Sequence record: NC_018854.1 | Strand: one strand, 5' to 3' | DNA: 64,000 nucleotides | From: Escherichia phage ECBP1 | Shown here: positions 8,897 through 18,702 of the stretch, piece by piece | Layout of the letters: the number at the start of each line of letters is the position of its first letter | How positions within the stretch are numbered: the stretch's first letter is position 1 | Made by a program: the position numbers and the translations under genes | The notes under the pieces: model-generated | What the model saw: only the letters and a program-made list of their open reading frames with translations | Told to the model about the DNA's origin: nothing | Databases searched by the model: none

Positions 8897-9153
8897 ATAT
8901 CCACAATCTACATTTGGTTGAGAAACTGTATGAAGAATACAACAACAACCGACAACAATTAGCTAGTTTGAAGAAGTCACCACATATGGTGAAAGTATCA
9001 TTCAATGGTACGGATTTAGGACCACAAGCCCGTACAAGAATACTTCCTGGACTACTGTCCTTTTATCAAAGGAGGGTTGCTGTTTTAGAGAAACGCTTTG
9101 AACATTTAGGTGTAGATTTATCACCACTTCCAGATGAAGGAGAAGAGGGATGA
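8893..9153 (+). CDS. hypothetical protein
   Basis: 86-aa ORF. Confidence 0.4.
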   Translation: MNIHNLHLVEKLYEEYNNNRQQLASLKKSPHMVKVSFNGTDLGPQARTRILPGLLSFYQRRVAVLEKRFEHLGVDLSPLPDEGEEG

Positions 9154-9359
9154 AAGTAACAAATCGTTCTGAGAACAATGAGGTAACTTTCGGTGATGTG
9201 GAGCCTGCTAATGGTTTTATTTATAACCAGACAGTGTGTTTAAAGATTCACTTACCTGATGGTAAACCTGCTGCTGTTGCTGTAGAAACTGGTAAATCAT
9301 TCTGTCTATCTGCAAGTACATTCGTAACACCAATAAACCTGGAAGGATATTACCTTTGA
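9150..9359 (+). CDS. hypothetical protein
   Basis: 69-aa ORF. Confidence 0.4.
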   Translation: MKVTNRSENNEVTFGDVEPANGFIYNQTVCLKIHLPDGKPAAVAVETGKSFCLSASTFVTPINLEGYYL

Positions 9360-9541
9360 AATTAACACAGTCCCAAGCAATCTTCCTTCGTATGGTTCAA
9401 GGTGGCTCTGCCACCAGCAACCGTAATAACAAAACCGCACAGTCTCTTAAGAAGCTGGGCTTAGTACAGTTCAATGCTGGTCTTGGGTGGTCATTAACCC
9501 CTATCGGTGTACTTAAACTCAATGAATTAAAAGGTAACTAA
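9356..9541 (+). CDS. hypothetical protein
   Basis: 61-aa ORF. Confidence 0.4.
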   Translation: MKLTQSQAIFLRMVQGGSATSNRNNKTAQSLKKLGLVQFNAGLGWSLTPIGVLKLNELKGN

Positions 9542-9871
9542 ATGAAAACTTTATTTAAAGGTATTGCAGTAGCTGCACTGATAGCTTTGGCTCCAAATGC
9601 ACAAGCTATTGAACCAGAACCAATTTTGGAAGGTGCTCAGGCTTATCTGGACAACACCCATGATGAGTTCGGACAAGGATTCTTCATGGGCAGTATGATC
9701 TCTTACATCGAGAACACAAATAACTGTGTTCCAGATGGTATGAAGTATTCAGACATTCTACCTAAGATTGCCAAAGTAGTTATTTATGACTCTGCAATCC
9801 TCAAACTGAAGAATACATCTCAAATTGTTGTGTACTCAGTACACAAGGCGTATCCCTGCACTAAATCTTAA
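9542..9871 (+). CDS. secreted/periplasmic protein with cleavable signal peptide
   Basis: MKTLFKGIAVAALIALAPNAQA|IEPEP: n-h-c regions with an AQA cleavage motif. Confidence 0.5.
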   Translation: MKTLFKGIAVAALIALAPNAQAIEPEPILEGAQAYLDNTHDEFGQGFFMGSMISYIENTNNCVPDGMKYSDILPKIAKVVIYDSAILKLKNTSQIVVYSVHKAYPCTKS

Positions 9872-9905
9872 TCAGTAATCCCATTAGCTTTAGGAGAGTA
9901 AGTAA

Positions 9906-10958
9906 ATGGCAAGCATTGACTCCTTGACTGTATGTAATTCACGTCAAGCTCGTAACTTTATTATTCGTGCCCTGAAAGCAGGTAACGTACCATTCCTGAC
10001 TTCATCACCTGGCATGGGTAAATCTGCAATCATTCGTTCTATTGCAGAAGAATTTGGTATGAAGTTGATAGATCATCGTCTGTCTACTTCTGCCCCAGAA
10101 GATCTTTCTGGTCTACCATTCCGTAATGGTGACCGTGCAGAGTTTATTCCATTCGCTGATTTATTCCCTATTGAAGGGGATGAAGTACCAGAAGGTTATA
10201 ATGGCTGGCTCCTGTTCCTTGATGAGTTCAACTCAGCTAAGAAAGAAGTAGTAGCTGCTGCATACAAACTAATTCTCGACCGTATGACTGGTCAGAAAAA
10301 ACTTCATCCTAATGTGATGATTGTCTGTGCTGGTAACAAAGCTACTGACCGTGCCATTGTTAATCCTCTGGGTACTGCAATGCAGTCTCGTGTGGTTCAC
10401 TTTGAAATGGAACTTAACTTCGACATCTTTGTTGAAGATGTAATGATTCCTCAACAATGGGATGAACGTCTGGTTGCATTTCTACATGCTAACCCAGGTT
10501 ATCTGCATGACTTCGACCCAGCCCATAAGAACAAAACATTCTGTTGCCCTCGTACTTGGGACTTTGTTAACAAAGACCTTAAGAATCAGCCGGAAGGTGC
10601 TCTTCCTGATGAAGATTCTATCTACTATGCAGGTCACGTTACTGCTGGTAAGGCTACAGAATTTGTTCAGTTTACCCAGGTATATAATCGTATGATTACG
10701 ATTGAGAAGGTAGTCAAAGACCCTATGGGTTGTGCACTACCAGAAGATAACAACCTGTGTTGGGCTACCGTTAACCATCTAGCTAACAAAACTACTGAAG
10801 AGAACTTCGCTGATGTTCTTCAGTACATCGAACGCTTTAAAACGTTCACCCATAAGATTCTGTACTTCCGTACAGTAGGCAGAACATTACCAGAACTTCA
10901 GGCTACTCCTGAATGGCGTAAGGCTGCTGCTAATATCTCTCGTTACATTCACGGATAA
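9906..10958 (+). CDS. AAA+ ATPase (MoxR-like; N4 gp24-like)
   Basis: Walker A SPGMGKSA and Walker B-like LLFLDEF; immediately upstream of a vWA protein. Confidence 0.65.
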   Translation: MASIDSLTVCNSRQARNFIIRALKAGNVPFLTSSPGMGKSAIIRSIAEEFGMKLIDHRLSTSAPEDLSGLPFRNGDRAEFIPFADLFPIEGDEVPEGYNGWLLFLDEFNSAKKEVVAAAYKLILDRMTGQKKLHPNVMIVCAGNKATDRAIVNPLGTAMQSRVVHFEMELNFDIFVEDVMIPQQWDERLVAFLHANPGYLHDFDPAHKNKTFCCPRTWDFVNKDLKNQPEGALPDEDSIYYAGHVTAGKATEFVQFTQVYNRMITIEKVVKDPMGCALPEDNNLCWATVNHLANKTTEENFADVLQYIERFKTFTHKILYFRTVGRTLPELQATPEWRKAAANISRYIHG

Positions 10959-10962
10959 AACA

Positions 10963-12138
10963 ATGAACCAATTTCCTCAGCACACACTTAGTGATGAACA
11001 ACTCATGCGCGAATATGACCGTATTCAGGCGCAGGCGTTTCTCGGACGCAGTGCTGCCTTCTTTGGTTCATTACTATGTAGTCTTAAATTCTCATGGAAA
11101 CGTGAGGATTGTCCCACTGCATGTACTGATGGGATAGAACTCCATTTCAACCCAGACTTCTTTATCTGGATGTGTCCAGATGCAAGGGAAACAGTATTAA
11201 TGCATGAACTATGGCATGTGGCATATCTACATGACATCCGTCGTGGAAGCCGTGACCCGGAAGTCTGGAACCAGGCATGTGACCACTTCATTAACCTTCA
11301 GTTAGAGGAGGATGGTTACAAGTTCACTGGTATTAATGAAGGCATTTGCAAAGACCCTCAATATAAAGGATGGGTCGAAGAAGACATCTACGATGACCTG
11401 ATGAAGAACCCTCAGAAAAGGCAGAAGCCGTCAGGGGGTGCTGGAGCAGGTCTTGCTGGCGACATGAAATCCCCCACTTCGGGACAGTCCCAGGGTGCTG
11501 TCGTCAACAACGTAGTACGTGCAATGCAGAGCCAGAAGATGGCTGGTGGAACAATGCCCGGTAAGGGTGCTGGTCGTATGGAAGAGGTTATTACCCAATT
11601 CCTTAAACCAGTGGTTCCATGGCAAGAAGTACTCATGAACTTCTTTACCGACATTGATGACACTCACTATACGTGGGCCAGACCTAACCGTCGTTACACT
11701 GACATTTATCTACCTTCCCTGGAAGATGATGAAGGACGTCTACGACACCTAGCCTACTTTGAGGATGTATCTGGTTCTATTAGTAGTGCTGACTCTCTGC
11801 GTTTTAACTCAGAGGTTGCCTACGTTAAGAGTCAATTCAATCCTAAGAAGATGACCCTAATCACCTTCGACGATGTTATCCAGGAAGAAATAGACATCAC
11901 TGAAGAAGATACTTTCGAAGAGATTAAGATTACTGGACGTGGTGGTACAAACCTGGAACCAGTACGCGAATGGATTATTAAGAATAAGCCAACCGCTGCA
12001 ATCATATTCTCTGATATGTATGTTCGTCCAATGGAAGAATTGCCATTTGATATTCCTATCATCTGGTGTGTTCTGAATAATCCTAATGCTACCGTACCTT
12101 TTGGGGAGGTAGTTCATATCCCTAAAGGAATGAAATAA
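10963..12138 (+). CDS. von Willebrand factor A domain protein (N4 gp25-like)
   Basis: MIDAS-like DVSGSIS; zinc-metalloprotease-like HELWH in the N-terminal part. Confidence 0.6.
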   Translation: MNQFPQHTLSDEQLMREYDRIQAQAFLGRSAAFFGSLLCSLKFSWKREDCPTACTDGIELHFNPDFFIWMCPDARETVLMHELWHVAYLHDIRRGSRDPEVWNQACDHFINLQLEEDGYKFTGINEGICKDPQYKGWVEEDIYDDLMKNPQKRQKPSGGAGAGLAGDMKSPTSGQSQGAVVNNVVRAMQSQKMAGGTMPGKGAGRMEEVITQFLKPVVPWQEVLMNFFTDIDDTHYTWARPNRRYTDIYLPSLEDDEGRLRHLAYFEDVSGSISSADSLRFNSEVAYVKSQFNPKKMTLITFDDVIQEEIDITEEDTFEEIKITGRGGTNLEPVREWIIKNKPTAAIIFSDMYVRPMEELPFDIPIIWCVLNNPNATVPFGEVVHIPKGMK

Positions 12139-12644
12139 TGGTTGTTAATGGTAATTCTCTATATCGTTCATCTCAGTTGCTGGATGTCCCAGACCGTAAG
12201 ATATCCGAGCATGGTGTAAGCTATGGATTAGGTGAAGCTGGTTATGATATTCGTATCAAACAGGATATTACCTTCTATCGCTTATTTGGGTTGATTCCAA
12301 TGGTGAAAGTCGTTGATGGAGGTCAAGTATCACGCCATCTAGGTAAGTTCGCGTTGGCATCTGCAATTGAGAAGTTCAACATGTCCCCATCCTGTGTAGC
12401 TATCGTTCACGATAAGTCTACATGGGCAAGACGTGCATTATCTGTGTTCAATACCGTAATAGAACCAGGATGGAAAGGGTATTTGACTCTTGAACTGGTC
12501 TATCATGGTCGTAAGAAACTACATATCCCGGCTGGTGCTGGGATAGCTCAAGTATTATTTCATCTGGTTCAGGAACCTGCTAATTACAATGGCAAGTATA
12601 TGAACCAGGAAAACAAACCAGTGGCTGCTAGACCTTCAAAATAA
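12138..12644 (+). CDS. dCTP deaminase/dUTPase-fold protein
   Basis: EPGWKGYLTLEL resembles the dCTP deaminase IDPGFRG..TLE motif; GYDIR earlier. Confidence 0.5.
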   Translation: MVVNGNSLYRSSQLLDVPDRKISEHGVSYGLGEAGYDIRIKQDITFYRLFGLIPMVKVVDGGQVSRHLGKFALASAIEKFNMSPSCVAIVHDKSTWARRALSVFNTVIEPGWKGYLTLELVYHGRKKLHIPAGAGIAQVLFHLVQEPANYNGKYMNQENKPVAARPSK

Positions 12645-12674
12645 AAGGCTATCCGGCTTAATCAAGGAAACAAC

Positions 12675-12884
12675 ATGTCAGTATTTCAAGTAACTCATGC
12701 AACCTCAAATCTACGTTTAACCATTAATGCTGCAAATGTAGTTGCAGTGGAACAGATTCCACTGTCTGATTGTGCACGTATTACGCTTGTAAATGAAGGT
12801 ACTTTGGATACCAAAGAAAGCTATCGTTCAGTACGCAATTACCTGAAAAAAGCTCTTGCTCCTGCAAGCAAAGACGCTGAGTAA
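12675..12884 (+). CDS. hypothetical protein
   Basis: 69-aa ORF; hairpin after its stop. Confidence 0.4.
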   Translation: MSVFQVTHATSNLRLTINAANVVAVEQIPLSDCARITLVNEGTLDTKESYRSVRNYLKKALAPASKDAE

Positions 12885-12894
12885 GTAGCTGCCT

Positions 12895-12921
12895 AAATAG
12901 CCCAGCATAGTTGGGCTATTT
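12895..12921 (+). terminator. hairpin, possible terminator
   Basis: 10-bp stem aaatagccca / tgggctattt with a 7-nt loop; no strong T-tract. Confidence 0.35.
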
Positions 12922-12957
12922 GAGAAGAAACTAACTCAACCTCACATAGGAACCATC

Positions 12958-13200
12958 ATGGAATCTTTAGCAGCAATCCTTGTTTTCTTATTCATATTAG
13001 CTGTATACCTTATCCCTACTATCATTGCTTTTGCACGAGGCCATGCCTCTAAGTGGGGTATTGGTGTACTCAATATCGTATTAGGCTGGTCATTAGTATT
13101 CTGGGTAGTAGCACTGATTTGGGCACTGTCTAATAAAGGTCAGAATCAAGTTACAAACGTAACTGTTGTTCAAACCAATAGTGGCAGTAAAACAGAGTAA
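12958..13200 (+). CDS. superinfection-immunity-like small membrane protein
   Basis: IPTIIAFARGH...LNIVLGWSLVFWVVALIWAL matches the recalled Imm-superinfection family signature; two TM helices. Confidence 0.55.
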   Translation: MESLAAILVFLFILAVYLIPTIIAFARGHASKWGIGVLNIVLGWSLVFWVVALIWALSNKGQNQVTNVTVVQTNSGSKTE

Positions 13201-13276
13201 CTAACCTAAGCATCATTGCATAGTGGTGCTTGTGGAAGTTACTTCCAGCTCATTGCTTATCCATCTCCTAACCCAA

Positions 13277-13305
13277 GCCCACCTAACCCGTGGGCTTTTT
13301 TATTT
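13277..13305 (+). terminator. intrinsic terminator
   Basis: gcccac-ctaaccc-gtgggc followed by ttttttattt. Confidence 0.6.
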
Positions 13306-13320
13306 ACAGGTACTCTTATG

Positions 13321-13704
13321 TCAAGCAGACAAAATGGTAAGTCTATCCTGCAAGGACTGGACTTAAGTAAGCTGGAACAAACTGCAATGCTTACTTTAGG
13401 TAAAACCATACATGACCAAGTGGAAATGGATGGGATTAGTTCTGATGTCTATGCAAAAATGCAGGCTCTTATTCAGAAAGGATGGCCCAGCAGAGTATTT
13501 AATATACCTACATACATTCCCCCAGAACCCCATCTGAAATCTAAGGTAGACCGAATCATAGATAAGTTCTGGCTTAACCCATGTGGAGATGACATGCATC
13601 TTTACCTGGCTCAAATACAAAAGAATCCTCGTACTAAGGATGTGTTTAAAAGTAAGAGCACTACCCATCACTACCCATGGTATAGAAGGGGTAGTAAATA
13701 CTAA
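13321..13704 (+). CDS. hypothetical protein
   Basis: Start moved to the ATG after the terminator (track start 13216 would read through it). Confidence 0.45.
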   Translation, partial: SSRQNGKSILQGLDLSKLEQTAMLTLGKTIHDQVEMDGISSDVYAKMQALIQKGWPSRVFNIPTYIPPEPHLKSKVDRIIDKFWLNPCGDDMHLYLAQIQKNPRTKDVFKSKSTTHHYPWYRRGSKY

Positions 13705-14147
13705 TGCGTATCCCATTCCTAAGAAAAAGGGAACGAAATCCTGTTCTTTATAATAAAGGCATAGAGGATGAGTATGAACTCAACCGTAAAGCTCGTTCCT
13801 ACACAACAAAACTATTCATGGGGACTAACAACCCTGATAGATTATTGGACTTTGTTTTTGAACAAGTCTTTATCATATACAGCTTAGCTATGTCTGCTGG
13901 TTCACGAGAAGTAAGTGATAAGGCAAGACATGCTCTCTGTATGCTCCGTAAAGAGTATGAAGCCCTCATGTATGAAGACTTGTACTCCTTTAAAGAAGAA
14001 ACCGCTGTAGCATGTTCTGTGGCTCTTACTGAAGGTGTAGCAGTATTACAAGAACTACCCCGTAGTGAGTTTAAGCTGGTATACGTTCAGGTTAAGAGAA
14101 TCACAGAGACAAGAAGTGGTATCACTAACTATCTAAGGTCATTCTAA
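13704..14147 (+). CDS. hypothetical protein
   Basis: 147-aa ORF; stop/start overlaps. Confidence 0.45.
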   Translation: MRIPFLRKRERNPVLYNKGIEDEYELNRKARSYTTKLFMGTNNPDRLLDFVFEQVFIIYSLAMSAGSREVSDKARHALCMLRKEYEALMYEDLYSFKEETAVACSVALTEGVAVLQELPRSEFKLVYVQVKRITETRSGITNYLRSF

Positions 14148-15091
14148 TGATTAAGGCATCAGTAATTGCAGATTCCGTTCATCCAGAAACAGGAACCCGT
14201 ATCACAACCTTTGAATTGGTTTATCCCCGATTCATTCACAGTGAGTTTATGACTCACCGTGTATTCAACCGCAATGCTTCAAGTAGCCGTGCTATTCCTA
14301 CCTCTAAGTTAATCGAACAGGTTCGCAATGAACCAGTGATGCCAAGTCACTGGGGCAAGAACCAGAAAGGTATGCAAGCAGATGGAGAACTCACTCCTAT
14401 GGAGATTGAGGATGCTAAGTTTATCTGGGATAACGCTGCATCTGCTGCTGCTGTGTATGCTGAACAGCTACGCCGTGGGCAAGTACATAAACAGATTGTT
14501 AACCGTATTCTGGAACCCTTCACACATATCCGTGTAGTGGTAACCTCAACTAGCTGGGCTAATTTCTATGGACTGCGTGACCACAAAGATGCACAACCGG
14601 AGATTCGTGAACTGGCTCAAGCAATGCGTAAGGCACATGAAGAAAGCACACCAAGAGCATTACCGTATGGGCAATGGCATTTGCCATATATTGCTCATAT
14701 TGACCGTGTTGGGGCTTACAATTTCTGCAAACGTAATCGAATTACACGCGATGAACCAAGTGATGCAGAAGTGCATGGACTACTTCTCAAGGTAAGTGCT
14801 GCACGCTGTGCTCGTGCTTCCTATAACAACTTTGAGGGACGTCCCTCTACTATCGAAGAAGATCTTGGCTTATTCGCTAAGTTAGTGGAAAACCAACCTA
14901 TTCATGCTTCACCAACGGAACATCAAGCTACGCCTATGAACCTTGGTGAGAAGTATGTGAATAACATGAACCCAGTTACCTGGGAACAAGGTGTTACATC
15001 CATGGATAAAGAAGGGAATCTGTACTCAGGTAACCTGCTCCACTTTATCCAATTCCGTAAATTAATTCCTGGTGAGACTATTACTGAATGA
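14147..15091 (+). CDS. thyX: flavin-dependent thymidylate synthase
   Basis: ThyX-type motif THRVFNRNASSS (RHRxxxxxxxS-like). Confidence 0.7.
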   Translation: MIKASVIADSVHPETGTRITTFELVYPRFIHSEFMTHRVFNRNASSSRAIPTSKLIEQVRNEPVMPSHWGKNQKGMQADGELTPMEIEDAKFIWDNAASAAAVYAEQLRRGQVHKQIVNRILEPFTHIRVVVTSTSWANFYGLRDHKDAQPEIRELAQAMRKAHEESTPRALPYGQWHLPYIAHIDRVGAYNFCKRNRITRDEPSDAEVHGLLLKVSAARCARASYNNFEGRPSTIEEDLGLFAKLVENQPIHASPTEHQATPMNLGEKYVNNMNPVTWEQGVTSMDKEGNLYSGNLLHFIQFRKLIPGETITE

Positions 15092-15327
15092 AAAAACTAG
15101 CTCTATACGCAATGCTAATTAGTACCCTACTAACACTGACCTACGCATACAAAGTTGCCTTTGTCGTAGAAACAGATATGCAGTTCATTCGAGCTAGTAT
15201 TCTGTTCTTTGTAAGCGAGATTGGTTTATGGTGTGTTTACTACTTTGCTCGTGACTACGAAGCAATTCGTGAGCAAGAAGAAGTGAAAAAACAAATGATA
15301 CGATTTGTAGAACAAAATCGTAAGTAA
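15088..15327 (+). CDS. small membrane protein
   Basis: 79 aa with two hydrophobic helices. Confidence 0.45.
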   Translation: MKKLALYAMLISTLLTLTYAYKVAFVVETDMQFIRASILFFVSEIGLWCVYYFARDYEAIREQEEVKKQMIRFVEQNRK

Positions 15328-15333
15328 ACCTAA

Positions 15334-15358
15334 GACCTCCTCCGGGAGGTCTTTTTTT
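15334..15358 (+). terminator. intrinsic terminator
   Basis: gacctcc-tccg-ggaggtc followed by ttttttt. Confidence 0.65.
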
Positions 15359-15387
15359 GGTTTCAATTAACTCTTTCAGGAGGGCAT

Positions 15388-15600
15388 ATGCCTGCTAAAT
15401 ACCGTATCAAAGACACACCCGTAATGTGTGAGGGTGAGAAGGGCGACATTGTATATGCCTGTATCCAGGATGATTTCAATGCTGCTCAGATGCTAACCCA
15501 AATGACAAATACACTGCATGTGTCAGTAACACTGGACCCTACCGGTGACTATCCATGCTTCCCTATTCCTGCCCATAACCTGGAGCAAATCCATGATTAA
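15388..15600 (+). CDS. hypothetical protein
   Basis: 70-aa ORF. Confidence 0.4.
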   Translation: MPAKYRIKDTPVMCEGEKGDIVYACIQDDFNAAQMLTQMTNTLHVSVTLDPTGDYPCFPIPAHNLEQIHD

Positions 15601-15919
15601 CCCTGAAGTAATTCATAGTAAAACCGGTAAGGCTGTCCCACTCAGTGAGATTGCAGTAACTGGTGATATTGCTGCTTGTCCAGCTAACATTGCCTCTCTA
15701 TGCATATGCATCGCTGCACTAGCAGAGGAACGTAAGTTATGGCTGGAACCAAGCAAGGAAATGATTCAGGCTGGTTTAGCTGAAGTACAAAACACGTTAG
15801 ATAACTGGGAAGAGAACGGCCCACTACCATATGGAACGGTCAACGATATAACAGATGACATGGCATCAGATATGGCTGTGTTTGTATTACAAGCAATGGC
15901 AGGTAAACGCAATGGCTAA
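15593..15919 (+). CDS. hypothetical protein
   Basis: Start chosen at the ATG overlapping the upstream stop (track start 15545). Confidence 0.4.
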   Translation: MINPEVIHSKTGKAVPLSEIAVTGDIAACPANIASLCICIAALAEERKLWLEPSKEMIQAGLAEVQNTLDNWEENGPLPYGTVNDITDDMASDMAVFVLQAMAGKRNG

Positions 15920-16103
15920 TGTAAATATCGCCTCAGAGAAAACGTATAGCATTCAGATTAATGGTTTAACCGAGTATCAGGTCTTATTCCTAATGAATGC
16001 TTTTCAAAATAGTCCTGTAGGTCACCATCCTAATGATGAACCACGGGAAGAAGCTGAACTTCGTAAAGCTATTTTTGATAAGTGTAAACAAGTTCTAATG
16101 TAA
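15912..16103 (+). CDS. hypothetical protein
   Basis: Start chosen at the ATG overlapping the upstream stop (track start 15855). Confidence 0.35.
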   Translation: MANVNIASEKTYSIQINGLTEYQVLFLMNAFQNSPVGHHPNDEPREEAELRKAIFDKCKQVLM

Positions 16104-16130
16104 GCAACATTTAATCTGGAGAGTAAATAA

Positions 16131-18698
16131 ATGTTAGTTGCAGATACCAACGAAATAGCTACCTCAGCGACACTGGGTGGCAAAGAAACAATTGCCTTTG
16201 GCATCTCAGATGACTCGGCATTCTTCCATGTATTAAGTACTTCCCTGTATAACAATCCTACTCTGGCAGTAGTTCGTGAGACTATATGTAACAGCTGGGA
16301 TGCTCATATTGAGGCAGGTAAAACTGATACCCCTATTCGTATCACCATTGATACAGACAACTTTATTACCTTCCGTGATTACGGTAGTGGTATTCCAGAT
16401 GAACTCATTGGTTCCATTTATGGTGTCTATGGTGCATCTACTAAGAAAGCCAACATTAGTGTTACTGGTGGCTTTGGTCTGGGATGTAAATCTCCATTCG
16501 CTTATACAGATAGCTTCCAGGTTACTTCATGGAACCAAGGAAAGATGTCTGTATATAACGTAGCTAAGGCTGCGATTGAGAATGATGGTAAGCCGGGTAT
16601 TGTCCCTATTGTTACCAATATACCTACTGAGGAATCCGGTCTGGAAGTTAAATTCCAGTTAGGCAAACATGATTTAAATACCTTTATTCATTACATCAAG
16701 TCAATCGTATTTAACGGTGAGATTAAAGCTGAGCTTAGTATCCCTAAACTCGTTAAAACAGAAGAAGGTAATAGTATTCAACAAGGTGACTACACTTTAC
16801 TGAATACGCTGGGCATGTCATTTGAACCTGGTTCATATGATATGTCTGATAGATGGTATCAGGGCTATATGGGTAGCAGTAACATATACGTTCGCTACGG
16901 TAATGTAATGTACCCAATTGTATCCAGCCCAGCTAGTGAAGAAGCTGTAGGTCTTATCCTCAACTTCATGAATATTATTGGTGCTGGCAATTTAGTAGTT
17001 CAGGCTGCACCAGACACCTTAGCTATTGCTCCTAGTCGAGAAACACTGTCTAACCAGAAGTTAACCGACGATGGTATTACTACTCTATGCGTAGATTTAG
17101 TAGACCGTATGGAGAAAGAGATTAAGGCTAAGATTCCTGAAGCCATTAAGCAGGTTGAAGAATATGCCTCTAAATCCTCTACTCGCTTTTGGGAATATCC
17201 ATCTTTCTTGGGTGCTGTTACAGATAGAACTGTTCAACGCTATATGTCTTCTAGTTTATGGACTAAACAACGTAAGCATCACATAAAGCACTGGCGTAAC
17301 TTATCCAATAAGGCGTTATTAGCTCGTCCTGAATATGCAGGTCTTAAGAAGCTGTATGGTAAGGCTATGCATGCTCTTAAGGATACTCGTGAGGAAAGTA
17401 CATACTCCCCATTCTCAGAATTAGTATATCGCCATCTGCATTTACCTCGGCTTGCTGCTTTAAAAACCTCTGGTATTAAGTGGTCTGGTTACATAATGAA
17501 TCAAGGCAACCGTGTTGACTTGGTAAAAGGTAAACTTACTGACTACTTTAGGATATACAATAACTCTCACCAAAGTATTGGCATATTTACTACCAAGAAC
17601 GTTGTAGTTACCCGACGTTTATCTGACTGTGCAGACTCTTTCTCATACTTCCCTGAATACAATCGAGGTGACCTGGAGCGTACAGCTTTTGTTCATGTCG
17701 TTGGTCCTAAGAAAGGTGCAGCAGAGGAAGCTGTAGCTAAGTTCACTGCTATGGGTTATCGGGTGATTGACCTTACTCAATATAATGAGTGGGACAAACC
17801 AACTAACTTCCGCAGGGAACAAGCTAAGATAGCTGCTGAGAAACGAGCCAAGACAATAGCTGCCAATAAAACCAAAGCAGGTGGTAAAACCAATGCTCTG
17901 ATTTCATTGAATGCAGTTCTTGGTGCTACCCAGGTACGTAATAAAAATGGGGATTGGGAACCCAGGCCGTATATTCAGAAAGAATTTGCTGACCCAAGTC
18001 GTCATGAGAAATATGGTTTCGTTGAGATAGAACAGCCTAAGTACTACGTACTAGCCAATCAGGTTGGTTCTGGTAGTCCTGTAACTGCTCGAATTGGAAC
18101 CATGTGGAAATGGTATGAGTTGCCTGATGAGATGAAAGCAGAGACTGTTGTCTGTCGTAATCAAATCGAAGCTAACAAGGCCAAACGACGAGGTGCTATC
18201 CACATTGATGATGTTCGCTTTAGTGAATTGATGTCTGTTATTACCAGCAAAGGCTTCAAGAAATATGTTACTGAACATCGCATCGGTATTCTTGAATACG
18301 TAGGACTGGATGACAGGGAATACTGGGAAATTCTAGACATACTGGGTCTAACCTTCAAACCCTTACAGAATCTGATTTTCAAACCAGAGTATGAATGGGC
18401 ATATGACTTTTTACGAAATCGACCACACGACAACAAAGAAAAACTTGTTGAAATGGGTTGTATTAAGTCAGTTGATGACTTAGAGCCATATGTAAAACTG
18501 GTTAATCCCCGTAACCATAAGTACTTTAAAGTACTTAATGATTACAAAGAATTATTCAGTTATAGCTGGAATAAAAATGACATCCTACAGACGCTGGACT
18601 TAGGTAGTTTGGTCAAACACCTTAAGAAGAATCCAGAGGATATTCCTGGGTTTAAGTCCCTCTACCGTAATCGTCTAAATAAACTGAAAGGTAACTAA
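16131..18698 (+). CDS. rIIA: rIIA-like protein with N-terminal GHKL-type ATPase fold
   Basis: N-box-like ICNSWDA and G1-box-like DYGSGIP; large protein before an rIIB-sized partner. Confidence 0.5.
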   Translation: MLVADTNEIATSATLGGKETIAFGISDDSAFFHVLSTSLYNNPTLAVVRETICNSWDAHIEAGKTDTPIRITIDTDNFITFRDYGSGIPDELIGSIYGVYGASTKKANISVTGGFGLGCKSPFAYTDSFQVTSWNQGKMSVYNVAKAAIENDGKPGIVPIVTNIPTEESGLEVKFQLGKHDLNTFIHYIKSIVFNGEIKAELSIPKLVKTEEGNSIQQGDYTLLNTLGMSFEPGSYDMSDRWYQGYMGSSNIYVRYGNVMYPIVSSPASEEAVGLILNFMNIIGAGNLVVQAAPDTLAIAPSRETLSNQKLTDDGITTLCVDLVDRMEKEIKAKIPEAIKQVEEYASKSSTRFWEYPSFLGAVTDRTVQRYMSSSLWTKQRKHHIKHWRNLSNKALLARPEYAGLKKLYGKAMHALKDTREESTYSPFSELVYRHLHLPRLAALKTSGIKWSGYIMNQGNRVDLVKGKLTDYFRIYNNSHQSIGIFTTKNVVVTRRLSDCADSFSYFPEYNRGDLERTAFVHVVGPKKGAAEEAVAKFTAMGYRVIDLTQYNEWDKPTNFRREQAKIAAEKRAKTIAANKTKAGGKTNALISLNAVLGATQVRNKNGDWEPRPYIQKEFADPSRHEKYGFVEIEQPKYYVLANQVGSGSPVTARIGTMWKWYELPDEMKAETVVCRNQIEANKAKRRGAIHIDDVRFSELMSVITSKGFKKYVTEHRIGILEYVGLDDREYWEILDILGLTFKPLQNLIFKPEYEWAYDFLRNRPHDNKEKLVEMGCIKSVDDLEPYVKLVNPRNHKYFKVLNDYKELFSYSWNKNDILQTLDLGSLVKHLKKNPEDIPGFKSLYRNRLNKLKGN

Positions 18699-18702
18699 TC
18701 TG

